Shown here one piece after another: positions 29,664 to 42,600 of a DNA stretch of 64,000 bases (positions within the stretch are counted from its first letter, which is position 1; each line of letters begins with the position of its first letter). The notes beneath the pieces were generated by a model, which ran no database searches, was not told where the DNA came from, and saw only the letters and a list, made by a program, of their open reading frames with translations. The stretch spans positions 129,656 to 193,655 of IMG/VR virus record IMGVR_UViG_3300005512_000002. One strand, written 5' to 3'. Both the position numbers and the translations under genes were made by a program. Source of the DNA: a virus (lineage: Duplodnaviria > Heunggongvirae > Uroviricota > Caudoviricetes).

Positions 29664-29990
29664 ATGAAGACCATTGGACCCACGGGCGTCCTGACCACCC
29701 AGGAAGCCCGCACGGCACTGACACCAGGCGAGTGGACGCGCCTGAAGCTCCAGGGTGTGGTCGTGACCCTGGGGGTGCGGGTGACCCACCAGACCCGCAG
29801 TCGCCACGTGCACGTCTGGGGCTCGGAGCAGGACATCTACGAGTTTGTCCACAATCGGACCCCGGACTCCTGGCAGGATATCCGGGAGCGGTCCCACCTG
29901 CACTACACGCCACCGAGCCAGCAGGCCCAGGTCCAGGCCCAGGAAGAAGCCGACCAGCAGCAATTCCGGCTGCGATTCCTGGCCATGTAG
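29664..29990 (+). CDS. hypothetical protein
   Basis: AGGAG RBS before MKTIGP. Confidence 0.65.
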   Translation: MKTIGPTGVLTTQEARTALTPGEWTRLKLQGVVVTLGVRVTHQTRSRHVHVWGSEQDIYEFVHNRTPDSWQDIRERSHLHYTPPSQQAQVQAQEEADQQQFRLRFLAM

Positions 29991-30031
29991 GTTACGGGAC
30001 TGTGTGTAACCACAGGTAAATCCAGCACTTA

Positions 30032-30059
30032 CAGTCCGAGAATGACGCTTATGTAAAAC
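30032..30059 (+). other. dif-like XerCD recombination site
   Basis: CAGTCCGAGAA-TGACGC-TTATGTAAAAC has the 11-6-11 layout, and its right arm resembles the XerD arm TTATGTTAAAT; intergenic. Confidence 0.6.
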
Positions 30060-30145
30060 TGGGTTATCTCACCCAGGATTCCCACCTGCGCGGCCCGGGT
30101 TGGGAATCACACCTGTATCTCCTGGCCGCAACGGGAATCAGACCC

Positions 30146-30436
30146 ATGGCCATCACCATCGTGATCCAGCAAGCCGAGCCCACTGTGCACCTGATTGCCA
30201 CGCACACGCGACAGCGGTATCCGGACCTGCGTGTGCAGGAGCACGGGACCGGGTTCTTCGCCCGTGGTCTGGGCCACCACATCAGCCTGTACCGCCAGGA
30301 TGACACCTGGGTAGCGGCTGACAATGACAGCAAGCTGTCCTGCCCGGACCTGCGATCCGCCCATGAGGTGCTGACCGGCATGCTGGACGCCGCCGTGGCC
30401 CAGCCCGAACAGGAGACCACCGCGCAGCACCGGTAG
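30146..30436 (+). CDS. hypothetical protein
   Basis: ORF with phage-like codon bias. Confidence 0.6.
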   Translation: MAITIVIQQAEPTVHLIATHTRQRYPDLRVQEHGTGFFARGLGHHISLYRQDDTWVAADNDSKLSCPDLRSAHEVLTGMLDAAVAQPEQETTAQHR

Positions 30437-30493
30437 CCCAACCCACGCCCACCTACGCCCGTAGACCGCACCCACTCAGGAGATCCACCCGCC

Positions 30494-30733
30494 ATGCTTG
30501 TCCTCAAGATACTCGGCCTCACCATCCTGGTCCTGGGATTCGCAGCCCTGTTGCTGGCCGGCGCCCTGCACGGCACACCCGCACTCAGGCCCGGCGACCC
30601 ACACCAGACCGACCCGCACCACCAGGATTTGCTGCTGCGATTCCTGCGGCCCCGCAAGACCCGCAAAGTACCCAGGCCCTGGAGATTCACCCGCCTGCAC
30701 AAGCCCCGCAAGCAGCACAGTACAGCCAGCTAG
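30494..30733 (+). CDS. small membrane protein
   Basis: AGGAG RBS, N-terminal TM helix and basic tail. Confidence 0.6.
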   Translation: MLVLKILGLTILVLGFAALLLAGALHGTPALRPGDPHQTDPHHQDLLLRFLRPRKTRKVPRPWRFTRLHKPRKQHSTAS

Positions 30734-30873
30734 ACCTGCCGCCACCAAATCCGGCAGGATGCGTAAGTCTTGCCCCCGGACGGCCCCTCTGTCCACCACC
30801 ACAGGCCCATTTCAGCCCTTGCAACCCACTGTCCAGTCTGCATTTACAGGCACCCACGCACGACCGCACAGCC

Positions 30874-31104
30874 ATATCACCCTGGCGTGACATCAGAACC
30901 CAGGGCCAGCACCCTCTGTGCACCACGGTCCTGATCGGTGCAAGTACATGACAGGCATAGACTTGGGCCAAGCAAGCACCCTACAGCGGCATGAGCACAC
31001 AACTGCCGCTCAACACAGGTCTTAGGGCCACATGAGCCTGCCACATTTCACCCCAGGGTGAACCCGGTCCGCAATCGAGACGTGAGTTCACTCTGGCGTG
31101 ACAT
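30874..31104. promoter_or_regulatory. cluster of palindromic operators, consensus ATGTCAC-N6-GTGACAT
   Basis: Copies at 30874-30893, 31045-31064 and 31085-31104. Confidence 0.6.
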
Positions 31105-31184
31105 GCCCAGACGCCCATGTTGGCACGTTGCCAGCACGCCTGGGAACCCACAACCGGACCCTTGTGGTCCAGAAAGTCAATCCC

Positions 31185-31808
31185 ATGACCAAGAGCAACA
31201 CCCAGACCGCAGCCGCTGTCCAGACCAACCCCACCATCACCATCAGCCCGGACAACCTCGAAGTCAGCCTCCAGCCCGAGTTGGGTCTCGCAGTGATCGC
31301 CATGCCCCGTGAGGGTATCTCCATCAAGGGCGGCAAGGTGACCGGCCCGGCCACCCTCCAGCCGTCCAAGACCGGCAAGACCCTGCTGGTCGCGTCCACC
31401 CACGGCTTCCAGGACACGGGCATCAAGGCCCCCAACGGTGAGGCCGTGAAGCTCAACCTCACCGCTTACGTCAAGCCGTTGCCGGACGGCTCGGCCCCCG
31501 CCGATCCCACCAAGCGGCCCTCGGGCGACTTCGCCGTGTCCGTGCCCGGTGAGGGTGAGGCCACCAGTGCCCTGAGCCAGGAGATGTTCGTCCTGGTGGT
31601 GCCCTACAACCCCGAGCCCGGTGAGCCCGGCGTCAAGACCCGCAAGGTCGGTCGCCGCGTGATCGAGGAGCGGGGCAAGATGCGCCTGTACCAGGCCATC
31701 GGCAAGCTGGACATCGGTGCCGACGTGAGCATCGGTGACCAGCCGGTGGTCGTCAACCTGACCCTGGGCTACAAGGACACCCAGGCCCCGGCCCCCGCGA
31801 CTGAGTGA
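31185..31808 (+). CDS. hypothetical protein with a repeated PSKTGKTLLVAST-type beta module
   Basis: Strongly biased codons; followed by a terminator. Confidence 0.7.
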   Translation: MTKSNTQTAAAVQTNPTITISPDNLEVSLQPELGLAVIAMPREGISIKGGKVTGPATLQPSKTGKTLLVASTHGFQDTGIKAPNGEAVKLNLTAYVKPLPDGSAPADPTKRPSGDFAVSVPGEGEATSALSQEMFVLVVPYNPEPGEPGVKTRKVGRRVIEERGKMRLYQAIGKLDIGADVSIGDQPVVVNLTLGYKDTQAPAPATE

Positions 31809-31856
31809 TCCATCGGGAGTCGAGAACCTGGCCCCCGCCAGTCCATGAGTACCCGC

Positions 31857-31891
31857 GAGCCTGGCCCCCCAACGGGGGCTGGGCTCTTTTT
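31857..31891 (+). terminator. Rho-independent terminator
   Basis: GAGCCTGGCCCCC-CAAC-GGGGGCTGGGCTC followed by T5. Confidence 0.75.
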
Positions 31892-31927
31892 ACGCACCCT
31901 TTCACCCTCTTGCACAGGAGAGCCATC

Positions 31928-32428
31928 ATGAGTAACAGACCAGGCACACTCACCCGGGCACCCGGCAGCACCTTCGCCCCGCCCAGCCGGCCCCCGGGGC
32001 AATTCCGGGGGCACGTCCGGGAACAGGTCCGGGCCACCTTCCGCGAGGAGTTGACCCTGGACCGAGCCCACCAGATCCGCCAGGCATTCGGCCGCAACTC
32101 GTACACCTGGTGGAGACTCAAGAGCCCCCGCGACCTGGTGGCCAACTACCAGGGCGGCCAGCCCCCGCACCCGGATGACCCGCCGGTCTTCCCGGACTGC
32201 TACCACACCCGGCTGCGTGGCCGCCGGCGTGGCGCCCCGTGGACTCACGTGCAGGACTACATCCGGCACCTGCTGAACCTGGAGGACGCCCAGCGTGATG
32301 TCGCACGCCAGGACGAACTGGACGCCACGCCCCGTTCAGACTGGCCGGACGTGATCGCCATGTGGGACCGCCATCGTGAGCAACTGGTCCAGCGTCTGCG
32401 TGACGCCGGCCTGTTGCCCCGCGCCTAG
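31928..32428 (+). CDS. hypothetical protein
   Basis: AGGAG RBS. Confidence 0.65.
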   Translation: MSNRPGTLTRAPGSTFAPPSRPPGQFRGHVREQVRATFREELTLDRAHQIRQAFGRNSYTWWRLKSPRDLVANYQGGQPPHPDDPPVFPDCYHTRLRGRRRGAPWTHVQDYIRHLLNLEDAQRDVARQDELDATPRSDWPDVIAMWDRHREQLVQRLRDAGLLPRA

Positions 32429-32443
32429 CCCCGGACTCAGCCC

Positions 32444-32513
32444 ATGTCACCCCAGGGTGAACTCGTGTTCACCCCCGGAAGCAACCCCAGCGTGACATCA
32501 CCCCTTCCGGGGG
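32444..32513. promoter_or_regulatory. operator pair plus an inverted CCCCCGGAAG...CTTCCGGGGG repeat at the head of the long rightward array
   Basis: ATGTCAC-CCCAGG-GTGAACT at 32444 and a half-degenerate copy ending GTGACAT at 32498. Confidence 0.55.
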
Positions 32514-34084
32514 CAGGAGAACCGCACTGTGCCCAAGTCCAGCAAGAGGCCCAACGCCTCACGCTACAACAAGCTGGCCCAGGCGTCCCGCGACTATGCC
32601 CGGGCGACGCTGGCCATGCTCCAGGCCGAGAAAGCCATGAACCTGGTGCTGGCCCGAGTCTTTGACCGCCACAAGCCCGACGACAGGCGCAACCGTGCCA
32701 TCGCCATTCGCCGTGCCCAGGTGGCCACCCGCAAGGCCCACCGCAAGTACATGGCCCTTCGCCAGGCGGTGGACGTGGGGCCCAGACCCCCGGGCTACGA
32801 GCACGTCCCGGGTGTGCCCGCCATACCCCTGGAGCGCCATGCTTCTGACTCAGATCGTTGACTGCCTGCTGCACAATCCCGTTCTGCTGGTCGTCGGTCT
32901 GCTGCTGCTGATCTTCCTGTACCGGGCCACCCACACCCTGCGGACTCCAGGCCCGCCTGGCCCATCCGGCCCCGGCAAACCCGGCCAGGACCAGCCCAGC
33001 AGTTCCACCAGCACTTCCGGGGGCAACGACAGGCGCACCGACCGTTCCTACTGGCACGACGCCGACGATTCCCGTTTCAACCCGTGGCGATAGACCCAAC
33101 CTCGCGTGAGCTTGGGGTCGCCTGACCACCCTTGACACCCCGGACCTCAGCTTCCGGGGGGAAGGAGCATCACCATGCGTAACATGAGCACCCACCTGTA
33201 CACCCGTGGCGAGCGCGTGACCGAGCCGGACGCCTTCGGCCTGCTGGCGGTGATTCGCCCCGACGACCGGGCGGACCAGCCGTACAACCCGCCCCGCAAC
33301 CACCTGATGGTGCTGGGCAAGCTGGTCTGGCGGATCAGCCGCACCCAGTGGGGCATCTACGAGGTCGGTGTCGGCTGGCACTGGCTGACCACCGACCAGT
33401 GGCGGCAGCAGTGGATCACGCTCCCGCCGGCCAGGGACTGCTGGCCCCCCGAGAAGCAGGACTGGTTCTGGGACACCTGCCAGGCCCTCAAGGACACCCG
33501 GCACCCGGTGATGAACCTGTACGGGCTCAAGCCCACGCAGATGGGCATCATGGCCCGGCTGATCAAGCGTCAGCCCCGCATGCCCCTGGTGTATGATGTC
33601 CTGAGCAACTCGCTGGCGGACATCCTGCGTCAGGCCCCTCTGGCATGGCAGCACCACCTGCGCCAGCAGCAGGACGCCGGCGACCCGCAGGCCAAGCTGG
33701 CACTGGCAGGATAACCCTCATGGGCAAGGCCAAGACCAACAGGAGCAAGTGGACCACCACCCCCCCACCGGGCATTCAGGACCTGCCCACCGTGGGCAAG
33801 CTGTACTGGTTCGAGTACCACTGCTGGGAGTCTCACCAATCCGGCGACGCCAAGCTCTGGTACCGCTCACACACACAAGCCACCGTGCTGGGCTACTACG
33901 CCGACGACTCGGAATGGCCCACGATCGAGAAGCGTTGCGAGCAAGGTGAGGTGCTGTGCTGCCGTGTGCGATTCGAGGACGGCACCTACGGCGACGTGTT
34001 TGAGGACGAACTGCTGGACAGCCGGGACGACTTCTGCCGCCCGGACCCACCCAAAGGACCACCCCCGCCCCCGAAAGCCAAGAC

Positions 34085-34327
34085 ATGAGCCGACCACGCA
34101 CCAAGTACCGCAACGGAGATTCCATCGACCTGCTCTGTGGGTGCAATTCGTGCAATCCGTCACGCATCAACGGGGTGCTCTGCCATGAGGCAGGGTGCCC
34201 CGATGCGTGGCGTGACCAGCAGCGTGAATGCCCGGACTGTGGCCGCAAGTTCTACCGCAAGGTGATGGACCCGCGCAGCGTGTTCGACAAGCTGTGCCAC
34301 GTCTGCCGAAGGAAATGCTACCGATGA
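34085..34327 (+). CDS. Cys-rich zinc-binding small protein
   Basis: CGCNSC..INGVLCHEAGCP...CPDC...CHVC. Confidence 0.7.
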   Translation: MSRPRTKYRNGDSIDLLCGCNSCNPSRINGVLCHEAGCPDAWRDQQRECPDCGRKFYRKVMDPRSVFDKLCHVCRRKCYR

Positions 34328-36274
34328 CACAATCCGAGACCCGTGCCAAGCTGGCCGACTTCCTGCTGTCGTGCGGGCACAACGGTATCCACGCCGTTCA
34401 GCAGGTGACCGTGACCATCAAGGGCGTGGACTACGTGGCTGCCAAGTACCGCCAGCACTGCACGCCGCCGGCGGGTGCCCGCAACCCCGAACCCTACGTG
34501 CAGGAGGTGATCTACTGCGTGGGTGCCCTGCCCAAGTGCTACCTGAAGCGCAAGGCCACGTGCTTCACCTGGCAAGGCGACGACCGCGAGTGGTTCATCG
34601 CCGGCTACTACCCGCCCATTCAACGTGGCCGGCAGATCGTCACCGACCCCAACTTCGACCAGTACCACCCCTGCGGGCACAGCTTCCTGATCATGCCCTG
34701 GCCCCCCGAGCACGGCAAGATCGACGACGGCGAACGCTGCACCTACGACCGTGTGCCCATGCACATCAACCCCCCGGAAGTAAGACCCTCGCAAGTCAGT
34801 CCTCGGTAAAGCCATGACCACAGTCCAATCCCCACCCGCACCTGCACCTGACGCACCGGCCCGGCCCACACCGCTGGAAATCCTGGCCCGGGCCAGCTAC
34901 GGACATCTGGCTAACCTCTACCCCAGCCATTGGGGCGAGTTCGGCAAGCGTGGACGCGGCCTGCGATTCACCAGCACCGGCCTGGCCCGCATGGCCCACA
35001 TCGTCGGCTGGATTCTGGGCATCGCCCTGGCCGACAACCCCCTGGCCGAGAAACTGGCCGCCGACTTCTGTAACAAGCTCGACTACCTGGACGGCTACGG
35101 CGGCCCGTTCAACTACGACGATCCGATCTGCCGCCAGGATCGACCCTTGCAACTGCCCAGGTACCTGGTGGAGCTATCCGACGACGGGACATTCGCCGGG
35201 TTCAGCGTCTTGTGGTTCGTCAACGTACCCAAGGACCGGCTCAACCAGCTTCCGGCCCTGGACGCCCAGCACCTGCGCTGGCACCAGACCTGCTACGGTA
35301 CCCGGGTGCCCTACGTGTTCAGCATGAACGGCGGACTGTTATTCCACGGATTCACCAGCGATCGCTGCCCCGGCGGCTACCCCCTGCTGGCCGTGCGCCT
35401 GGGTGACAGCACCGACCCCTGGAGCATTCACACATGACCCCCGCCCCCGGAAGCCCCGGAAGTAAGCCACCGCACCGCAACAAGGAGCGTGACCCCATCG
35501 AAGCCGGCGTCCGCGTGATCATCAAGCGGTCCATGCTGTCCGTGGGCATGACCACCCAAATGTTCCACAAGTGGACCCACGACCAGATGGTCCAGTGGGC
35601 TGCCAACCACCCCAAGGCCATCGCCCAGCGTGTGCGGCAGTGGTACATCGACGCCGTGGCCGAACGCGACCCGACCAGCGACGAGTCGGCCATTCACACC
35701 TACGAGCGCCGCATCAAGCAGGCGGACACGCTGCTCAAGGCCCTGGGCATCCAGACCAGCTATGCTGGCCTGTACCCCACCTTTGTGCTGCCGGGCCAGG
35801 TGTTCTACACCTTCGACGAGTTGTACAACGCCCTGCGCATGGCCTGTGCCACGCACGTGGTCAAGCACGACGGGGTGGAAAGATTCCGCAGCACCGACGC
35901 CGAGTGCTTCGCCTGGCTGCTTAACCACCAGCCATGCAGCGTGCACCACGCGACAACCCATGAAGGATGGAGCATCGAGCCGCTATGCCAAGACCCACCG
36001 AAGACCTGATCGTCCAACTGCCGGCAGACAACGACTACGACGTGCGCCTGGACTTGCCCAACGGCCAGCAGGTTGCACTCCAATGGCGGATCGAGCACGT
36101 GACCATGGACGTGTGCCTGCCGGAGCCCGACCACATCGTCACCTGCTGGAAGGGGTTTGACCTGGAAGACGCCCCGGCCTATCACCCCCAACGCCCCAGC
36201 GAACGGGTCTGCGGCCAATTGTGCATTGGCTTCGACCCCAAGGTGCTGACCAAGCCCACGGACTGAATCAGCCG

Positions 36275-36670
36275 ATGACAGCCTGTATGACCCGCCCCCG
36301 GAACAGCCCCCGCGCACGCAACAAAGTCGGACGCAATGACCACTGCCCCTGCGGGTCCGGTAAGAAGTACAAGAAGTGCTGCGGCCCCCGGAATGCCCAC
36401 GCGGTCACCACCGACCCGGCACCCAACAGCAAGGCCCTGTACACCTGGACCAGGCAGTGGGAGATCGACCAGGTACAGCGCTGGCTCGATTACGTGGCCC
36501 AGCACCCCGAGGACCGCGAGAATTATGGGCACGCCATCCTGGAGTACGCCAACAAACACCGCATTCCCTTGAGCCAGAAGCACGAAGCCATGCTGGCCAG
36601 CCAGAAGCGGCGCAGCTTGAACTGCATGGCCACCATCGCCGCTGCCCTGGGCGCCGGCTGGGGCCGCTGA
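36275..36670 (+). CDS. SEC-C motif protein
   Basis: Canonical [21 protein letters not shown]. Confidence 0.9.
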   Translation: MTACMTRPRNSPRARNKVGRNDHCPCGSGKKYKKCCGPRNAHAVTTDPAPNSKALYTWTRQWEIDQVQRWLDYVAQHPEDRENYGHAILEYANKHRIPLSQKHEAMLASQKRRSLNCMATIAAALGAGWGR

Positions 36671-39600
36671 CCCCCGGATTGCCACCATGACCATCACCCT
36701 CACCCCACCACCGGACACCGGCGCCAGCCCACCCACCATAGATGCCTACTTCCGGGGCCTGCTGGACTGGCTGGATAAGCTGCACGACCAGGCCAATGCC
36801 CTGATCCACGACGGCAATGAGAAGTTCAAGGCCCTGCGCCTGGCCGAGCAGAAGAAGCGACACCCCCGCAAACGCAAGAACTTGCCCGACCTGCCCCAAG
36901 AGGTCAACCAGGCCCTGATCGCCCGGTTCGAGAACAGTCACCTGGCCCCCCATCGCCGGCTGGGTGACATGCAGGAGGCCATCCGCGAAGAACTCTGCCG
37001 CATTGCCGACCACGTCACTCTCACGCCCCTCAAGACAGCGTACCACGCGGTGATGCGGGACGACTCCTGGTCACACCACACCCAGGGCTGGGGTGCGGCC
37101 AAGTACGCACGCGGCAGCCTCTTGCCCGAGGAATACGCCCTCAAGCGCCACGGGTTCGACACCCACGTCCAGAAAGTCCTGCATCCCACGCCCGAATGGG
37201 GCAAGAGTTGCATGGACGCCAAGACCGAGTTTGTGCTCTGGAGCAACATCGAGCCCTGGCAGTTTGAGGCCGTGAAGCGTACCATTACCATCACCCAGGC
37301 GGCCCAGGACATGGCCCGGCACAGCGTGCATCCGCAGGTGCTCATGCCCCTGGCCTACGCCCATCCGGCGGTGAACAACCCCGCCTGGCACAACCAGCCG
37401 ACCGACGGCATCAGGATCGAGCTATGACCCCCCGGAAGCAAACCCCCCGGAAGCAAACCACCACCAAGCCCCGACGCATCCAGATCAACGGTCGCACGCC
37501 CCGCCAGTACGCGGCTTACATGACCCTGGACAACGACAGCGACCTGGACAAGTGGGCCAAGGGCGAACACCCCCTGGACCAGGACGTGATCGACCAGGTG
37601 TCTGCCCTGCTGTTGGCCAACCAGAACGACATGGATGACCTGCTGCGGGTCAACGCCTTCGACCCGGCGGACATGGACCAAGACCCCACGTGGCGCAAAC
37701 TGGGCAAGACAATCGCCTGTCTAACCAAGCTGCGAGACTGGATGCAGGACGAGTTATTGAGGTGACCCATCGTGACTGACAAGAACCCCACCGACTCGGG
37801 CTTCGAGCTATCCGACGGCGGCGTGATCGAGTGGCCCGACGACGACAGCGGCACCATCCGCCGCCGTGACAAGGACGGCAACACCGAAGAAGTCCGCAAT
37901 CCCGGCGACGCCGACTACCAGGAATGGCGCGACCTGTTCCCCGCCGACGCCACCCCCGGAAGCACCACACTCGACTGCGACGAATGCGGCCAGGAGATGT
38001 TTGTGGACGACGACGGCGTCAGTCACCACGTCAGCGACGAGCACCCCGACGGCATCGACTACGACGCCGACGCCGACCACGTGCCCTACAACAGGGAGCA
38101 CGAACCGTCATGACCACCCCCACCACCAGACAGCTTATTGCCCGCACCAACGAGCAGCGGATCGCCGAAGATGCCACCGGCTGCGTAGGCTCCGGCGACT
38201 ACCGCAAGTGGGCCGAGGCTCAAGGCTACGAGCACTGTGAGGTGCTCGACTGGTCTTCCAGTGCTGGCGACTGGCAGTTCATCGTGAGCAAAGACGGCGA
38301 GACCTGGTTCATCATGGAGCAGGAAAACAACTACCCACGGCCCGGCTTCACCCGCACCGTGGGTACCGAGGAGTTCTTCGGCACCGCCGATGAAGTCCTG
38401 CAGCAGATCGCGGAGCTATACCAGTGACCGACACCCAAGACCAGACCGACTGCATGAAGACCGACCCGGGTGACACCTTCAAGGGTGCCAAGCCCATCAC
38501 CGTGGACAACCAGCAGGTGGTGGGCATCATCGCCGAGTACAAGAGTCCCAACGCCGTGGGTGGCATTGCCCGGGCAAGCTGGAACCTGGGCTGGCGGCTC
38601 GATGTGGACGAGGCCAGATATGGCCGGATCGACACCCTGATCTGCCGCGTGGACGTGGGCCACTATTCCAGCCGGGGCGACCGCTGGTACCTGTGCTGCG
38701 TCCAGGACTGCTTCGACCCGCCCCTGTGCCTGGTGCAGGCCGACTCGCTGGAAGAAGCTCTGAGCATCTTCGAGACCGAATGTGAAGACTGGGCCAAAAT
38801 CCCCGATGAGGACGTGGCCGAGTACCACAAGGAACTGTACACCAAGCACCATCCCGGTGCCACCGACGTGGACCAGGACACCGTGCAGACGTGGCTCAAC
38901 GAGGTGCTACAGGCGGACACCGTCGAGTACAACCCGCCGGACACCAGTGTCAACGACAACGGCACCATCGTGACCACCGAGACCCACGCCATCACCTGCA
39001 GCCACGTGCACCTGATCGTGGCCTGCACCCCGGAGAACTGACCCATGTTCGACATACTCCCTCATCGGTACGTGGTGGTCAACGACGCCGGGGAATCCAT
39101 GCGAGTCTGGGTGTGGGCCTTGACCGAACTCAGCCGCACCTTGCAAGCCGAGGACAAAGCCGCCCGCAAAACAGGTGACCATAGTTACACCGTCTTGCGC
39201 TACGCTGGTCGCCAACAGAAGAAGTAACCCATGGCCGAACAACCCACCACCAGCCCCATCTCCGACGACCTGCTCGATCACGCCCTGGGCGATCTGACCC
39301 GGGCCGCCGAGCGCACCCGCACGGAACTGGAGCAGACCATCAACCGCATCCATCAGGCACCGGAAAACCAGGACGAAGTCCTGGATGCCGTTGAGCCCTG
39401 GGACCGCCTGACGGACCGCATCGAGGCCCTGCTCAAACAGATGCAGGCCGCCGGCCATTACCGGGGCGAGCCGTATGACGGCAGTAAGTGCCCGCACTGC
39501 GGCAGCACCGACATCAGCGGCCACGAGATCGACCCGGAAGGCGCCGACAAAGCCTACCGCAACGTGGACTGCGACGAGTGCGGGGCCACCTGGACCGAGA

Positions 39601-42600
39601 TCCTGGCGGTTATCGGCTGCGACAACGTCCAGCCACCCGCCCCCGGAACTTCCGGGGGCCCCGGAAGCTGACCATGCCCACCATGACCGCCCGCCAATGG
39701 CTGCAATCTGACCCTGAGATCCTGCACGTGCTGGCCAGACGGGTCGAGGAGCAATACCTGCGCCGCTTGAGTGTATCCCTGGGCGCCGAGAGTCACCCCA
39801 TGCGTGGCCTCATGCGTGGCCCTATGCGTAACGGTCGCGGCGAAGCCGCCCCGGCCCCCCGCCCCCGGACACCCCGGACACCCTGGAGAACCTACCCATG
39901 ATCTGCACCATGTGCATGCACGGTGTGACCGTCGGCTACAACGGGGCCTGGAAATGCGTGTGCGGCGAGGTGAACTGCCGGCACGCCGTGGGGATCTGCT
40001 CGCACTGCGGGCTGACCCTGCGCAAGCTCACCGAGGCCGGTATGGTGGACCGGGACGGCCACCCCCTGACCATGGCCGACATGACCGAGCCGCAGCTTGA
40101 ACTGGTCATGAAAAACCTGGCCTGCCGCACCGAAGCCGCCCTGCCACCCGGACCGAGTCCCAACGGCAAGATGCTGTTCACCCTGCTGGTGTTCGACGAG
40201 CCGCAAGGCGGCCAGTACATCGGCAACTGCGATCGAGCCAGCATCATCCAGGCCCTGCGCAACACCGCCGACCGGCTGGAAGTCAGACAGGACGTACCCC
40301 GATGACCCCCGAAAAACAGGATCGCCTCATTCAAGCCCTGACCCGGATCGCCGAGCATGAGCATCGAGCCGACCGCAGGTACCGGAACATGGTGGACGTG
40401 TCCGAATTGGACGACCTGCAGCGGATCGCCAGCAACGCCCTGGCCCAAGATACCGGCACCGAAGACGGCGACGGGCCCGTGCCCGAGACACCGCTCGAAG
40501 ACCTCCAGCGGCAACTGGCCCAGCAGAATACCAACCTCATGTGGCTGATCGACGTGATCAACGAGGCCCACGGCGCCCTGTGCCCCGAGCAGACCGGCAC
40601 CTGGCAGCAGAAGGCCATCCAGGTGCTCGAAGCCGCCCGCAGCCACGCCCAACGCCCAGCCCGTCAGGACGCACCCCTGGGTGAATGGGAAATGACCATC
40701 GACCTGGGCCCGGGCGACTTCGACCAGCAGCAGGAAAACGCCCTGTTCGAGCGGTTCAGCAGCGAGCCGGCGTGCTCCGATCCCCTGCTGTTCAGCCGTG
40801 AGGGCCGCAAGTGCATCGAGATCAGCATCCAGCACACCAACGCCGCCAGTGCCTTGACGGCGGTGCTGGCCATGCTGCACGACCTCCAGCCGGGGGTCAA
40901 CATCATGAACCTGCTGGAGATCCATGCGTTCGCCGAGCCCGAGCCGATTGCCTGGCAGGTCGGCGTCCCCCGTGAGCTTTGGGGCTTGAAGCAAGATCAG
41001 GCCCTCAAGGAGGGCTGGATGCTGTTTGGCGGCGACCTGCCCATCGACCCCATGCACATCGGGCGGGTCGAACTGCCAGCCGACAAGTCCCGCTTCCAGA
41101 CCAACGACGAAGCGTTCGGATACGTGCTGGCCCGGGCCCTGCAGGGCAGCAGACTGCACCTGCTGGCCATCTACCTGCACGGCAGAGTCACCGACCAGGA
41201 CGTGCCCGTGCCCGCATGCCTGCTGGAGAACTAATCCCATGGACGCCTACATCTACGACGCCGACCTGTACTGCGAAGACTGCATCGCCGCGATCAAAGC
41301 CAAGCTGGAAGCCGACGGTAACAAGCCCGAGAATCCCGACGACGAAATCTCTTTCGACTCGGGTGACTGGCCCAAGGGGCCCTACCCCGACGGTGGCGGT
41401 GAAGCCGACAGCTTCCAGCACTGTGCCGATTGCGGCACGTTCCTGGAGAACAGCCTGACCACCCAGGGCGTCAAGTACCATATCGCCATGCTGGGCGACT
41501 GGATACTGGACCACGACGACGGCAATGTCAAAGTCCTGGACCTGTGGTCCGAGCACCTGGGCGACTACAGCCTGGACCACGACCAGAAGGTGGTGCTCAC
41601 AGCCTTCAACCAGATCCGCAACCTGCAACTGCGACTGGCCCAGGCCAAGCCCGAGGACCAGCCGGGGCCCGTGTGGGTGATTGGCCGCAAGGACGCCAGA
41701 CACACCGGACGTGACCTGTACTGGCACACAGACGACGGCTGGGTGGACCTGAATCATGCCGAGCGGTTCACTCAGACCGAACACGACACGATGAAGATCC
41801 CCCGCCAAGGGGAGTGGTACGGCACCGACGAACTTGGCACCTGGACCGTCCCTGACTTCAAGGACTTTCTCGAAGCCCACGGCCAGCAATGGGCTGAAGT
41901 CACCGACACCGATCCTGCCCGCATAGAGCCGCCCACCGATACGGAGATCGCCCTGGTCCGACAGCGGGTGGAGCGGATGATCCGAGGCGAGCCCTATGGG
42001 TGCGAGTGCGAGGAAGGCCACAAAGAACGGGGCAACTGCTGCCGCTGGTGCTGGGACTGCCTGGCACGGATCGCCCAGGAGATCGCCGACCAGGGTCACA
42101 AGTCCTGCTATATCGCCATCCTGCCCAGCGGGCCCGAGGGCGAATACTGGCTGGAGATCGAGGTGGTGCCCCAGGACATCATCGGGGCCTGCTTCGACAC
42201 ACAGATCTACGACCTAGCCTGGGCCCGCCACTACGCCAACCTGCTGGATAAGATGCTCACCGAGGGCCACGGCATCAAGGTGTTCCAGGACCGCGAAGCA
42301 TGGGAGAACCAGCCACTGCCCGGTGACGGCTAAACCCCCACGGGTCAAACCCCGATGACCATTACCATCATGCCACCCTCCGAAACGAAAGCCCGCACGC
42401 CCCCGATGGACCTGTCCATCCGGGGTCAGGCCATGGACCTGGTGCGCGAGGCCGGCGGCGATTGGATCGCCGCCGCCGAGCAGGCCAACCACTTCCGGGG
42501 GCAGTACAAGACCTGGTGCAAGGCCAAGCACCATTGGGACGACGTGGCCAAGCTGATCCACAACTGGTGGAAGCTCAAGTACGAGGCCAGCCACCACCGC

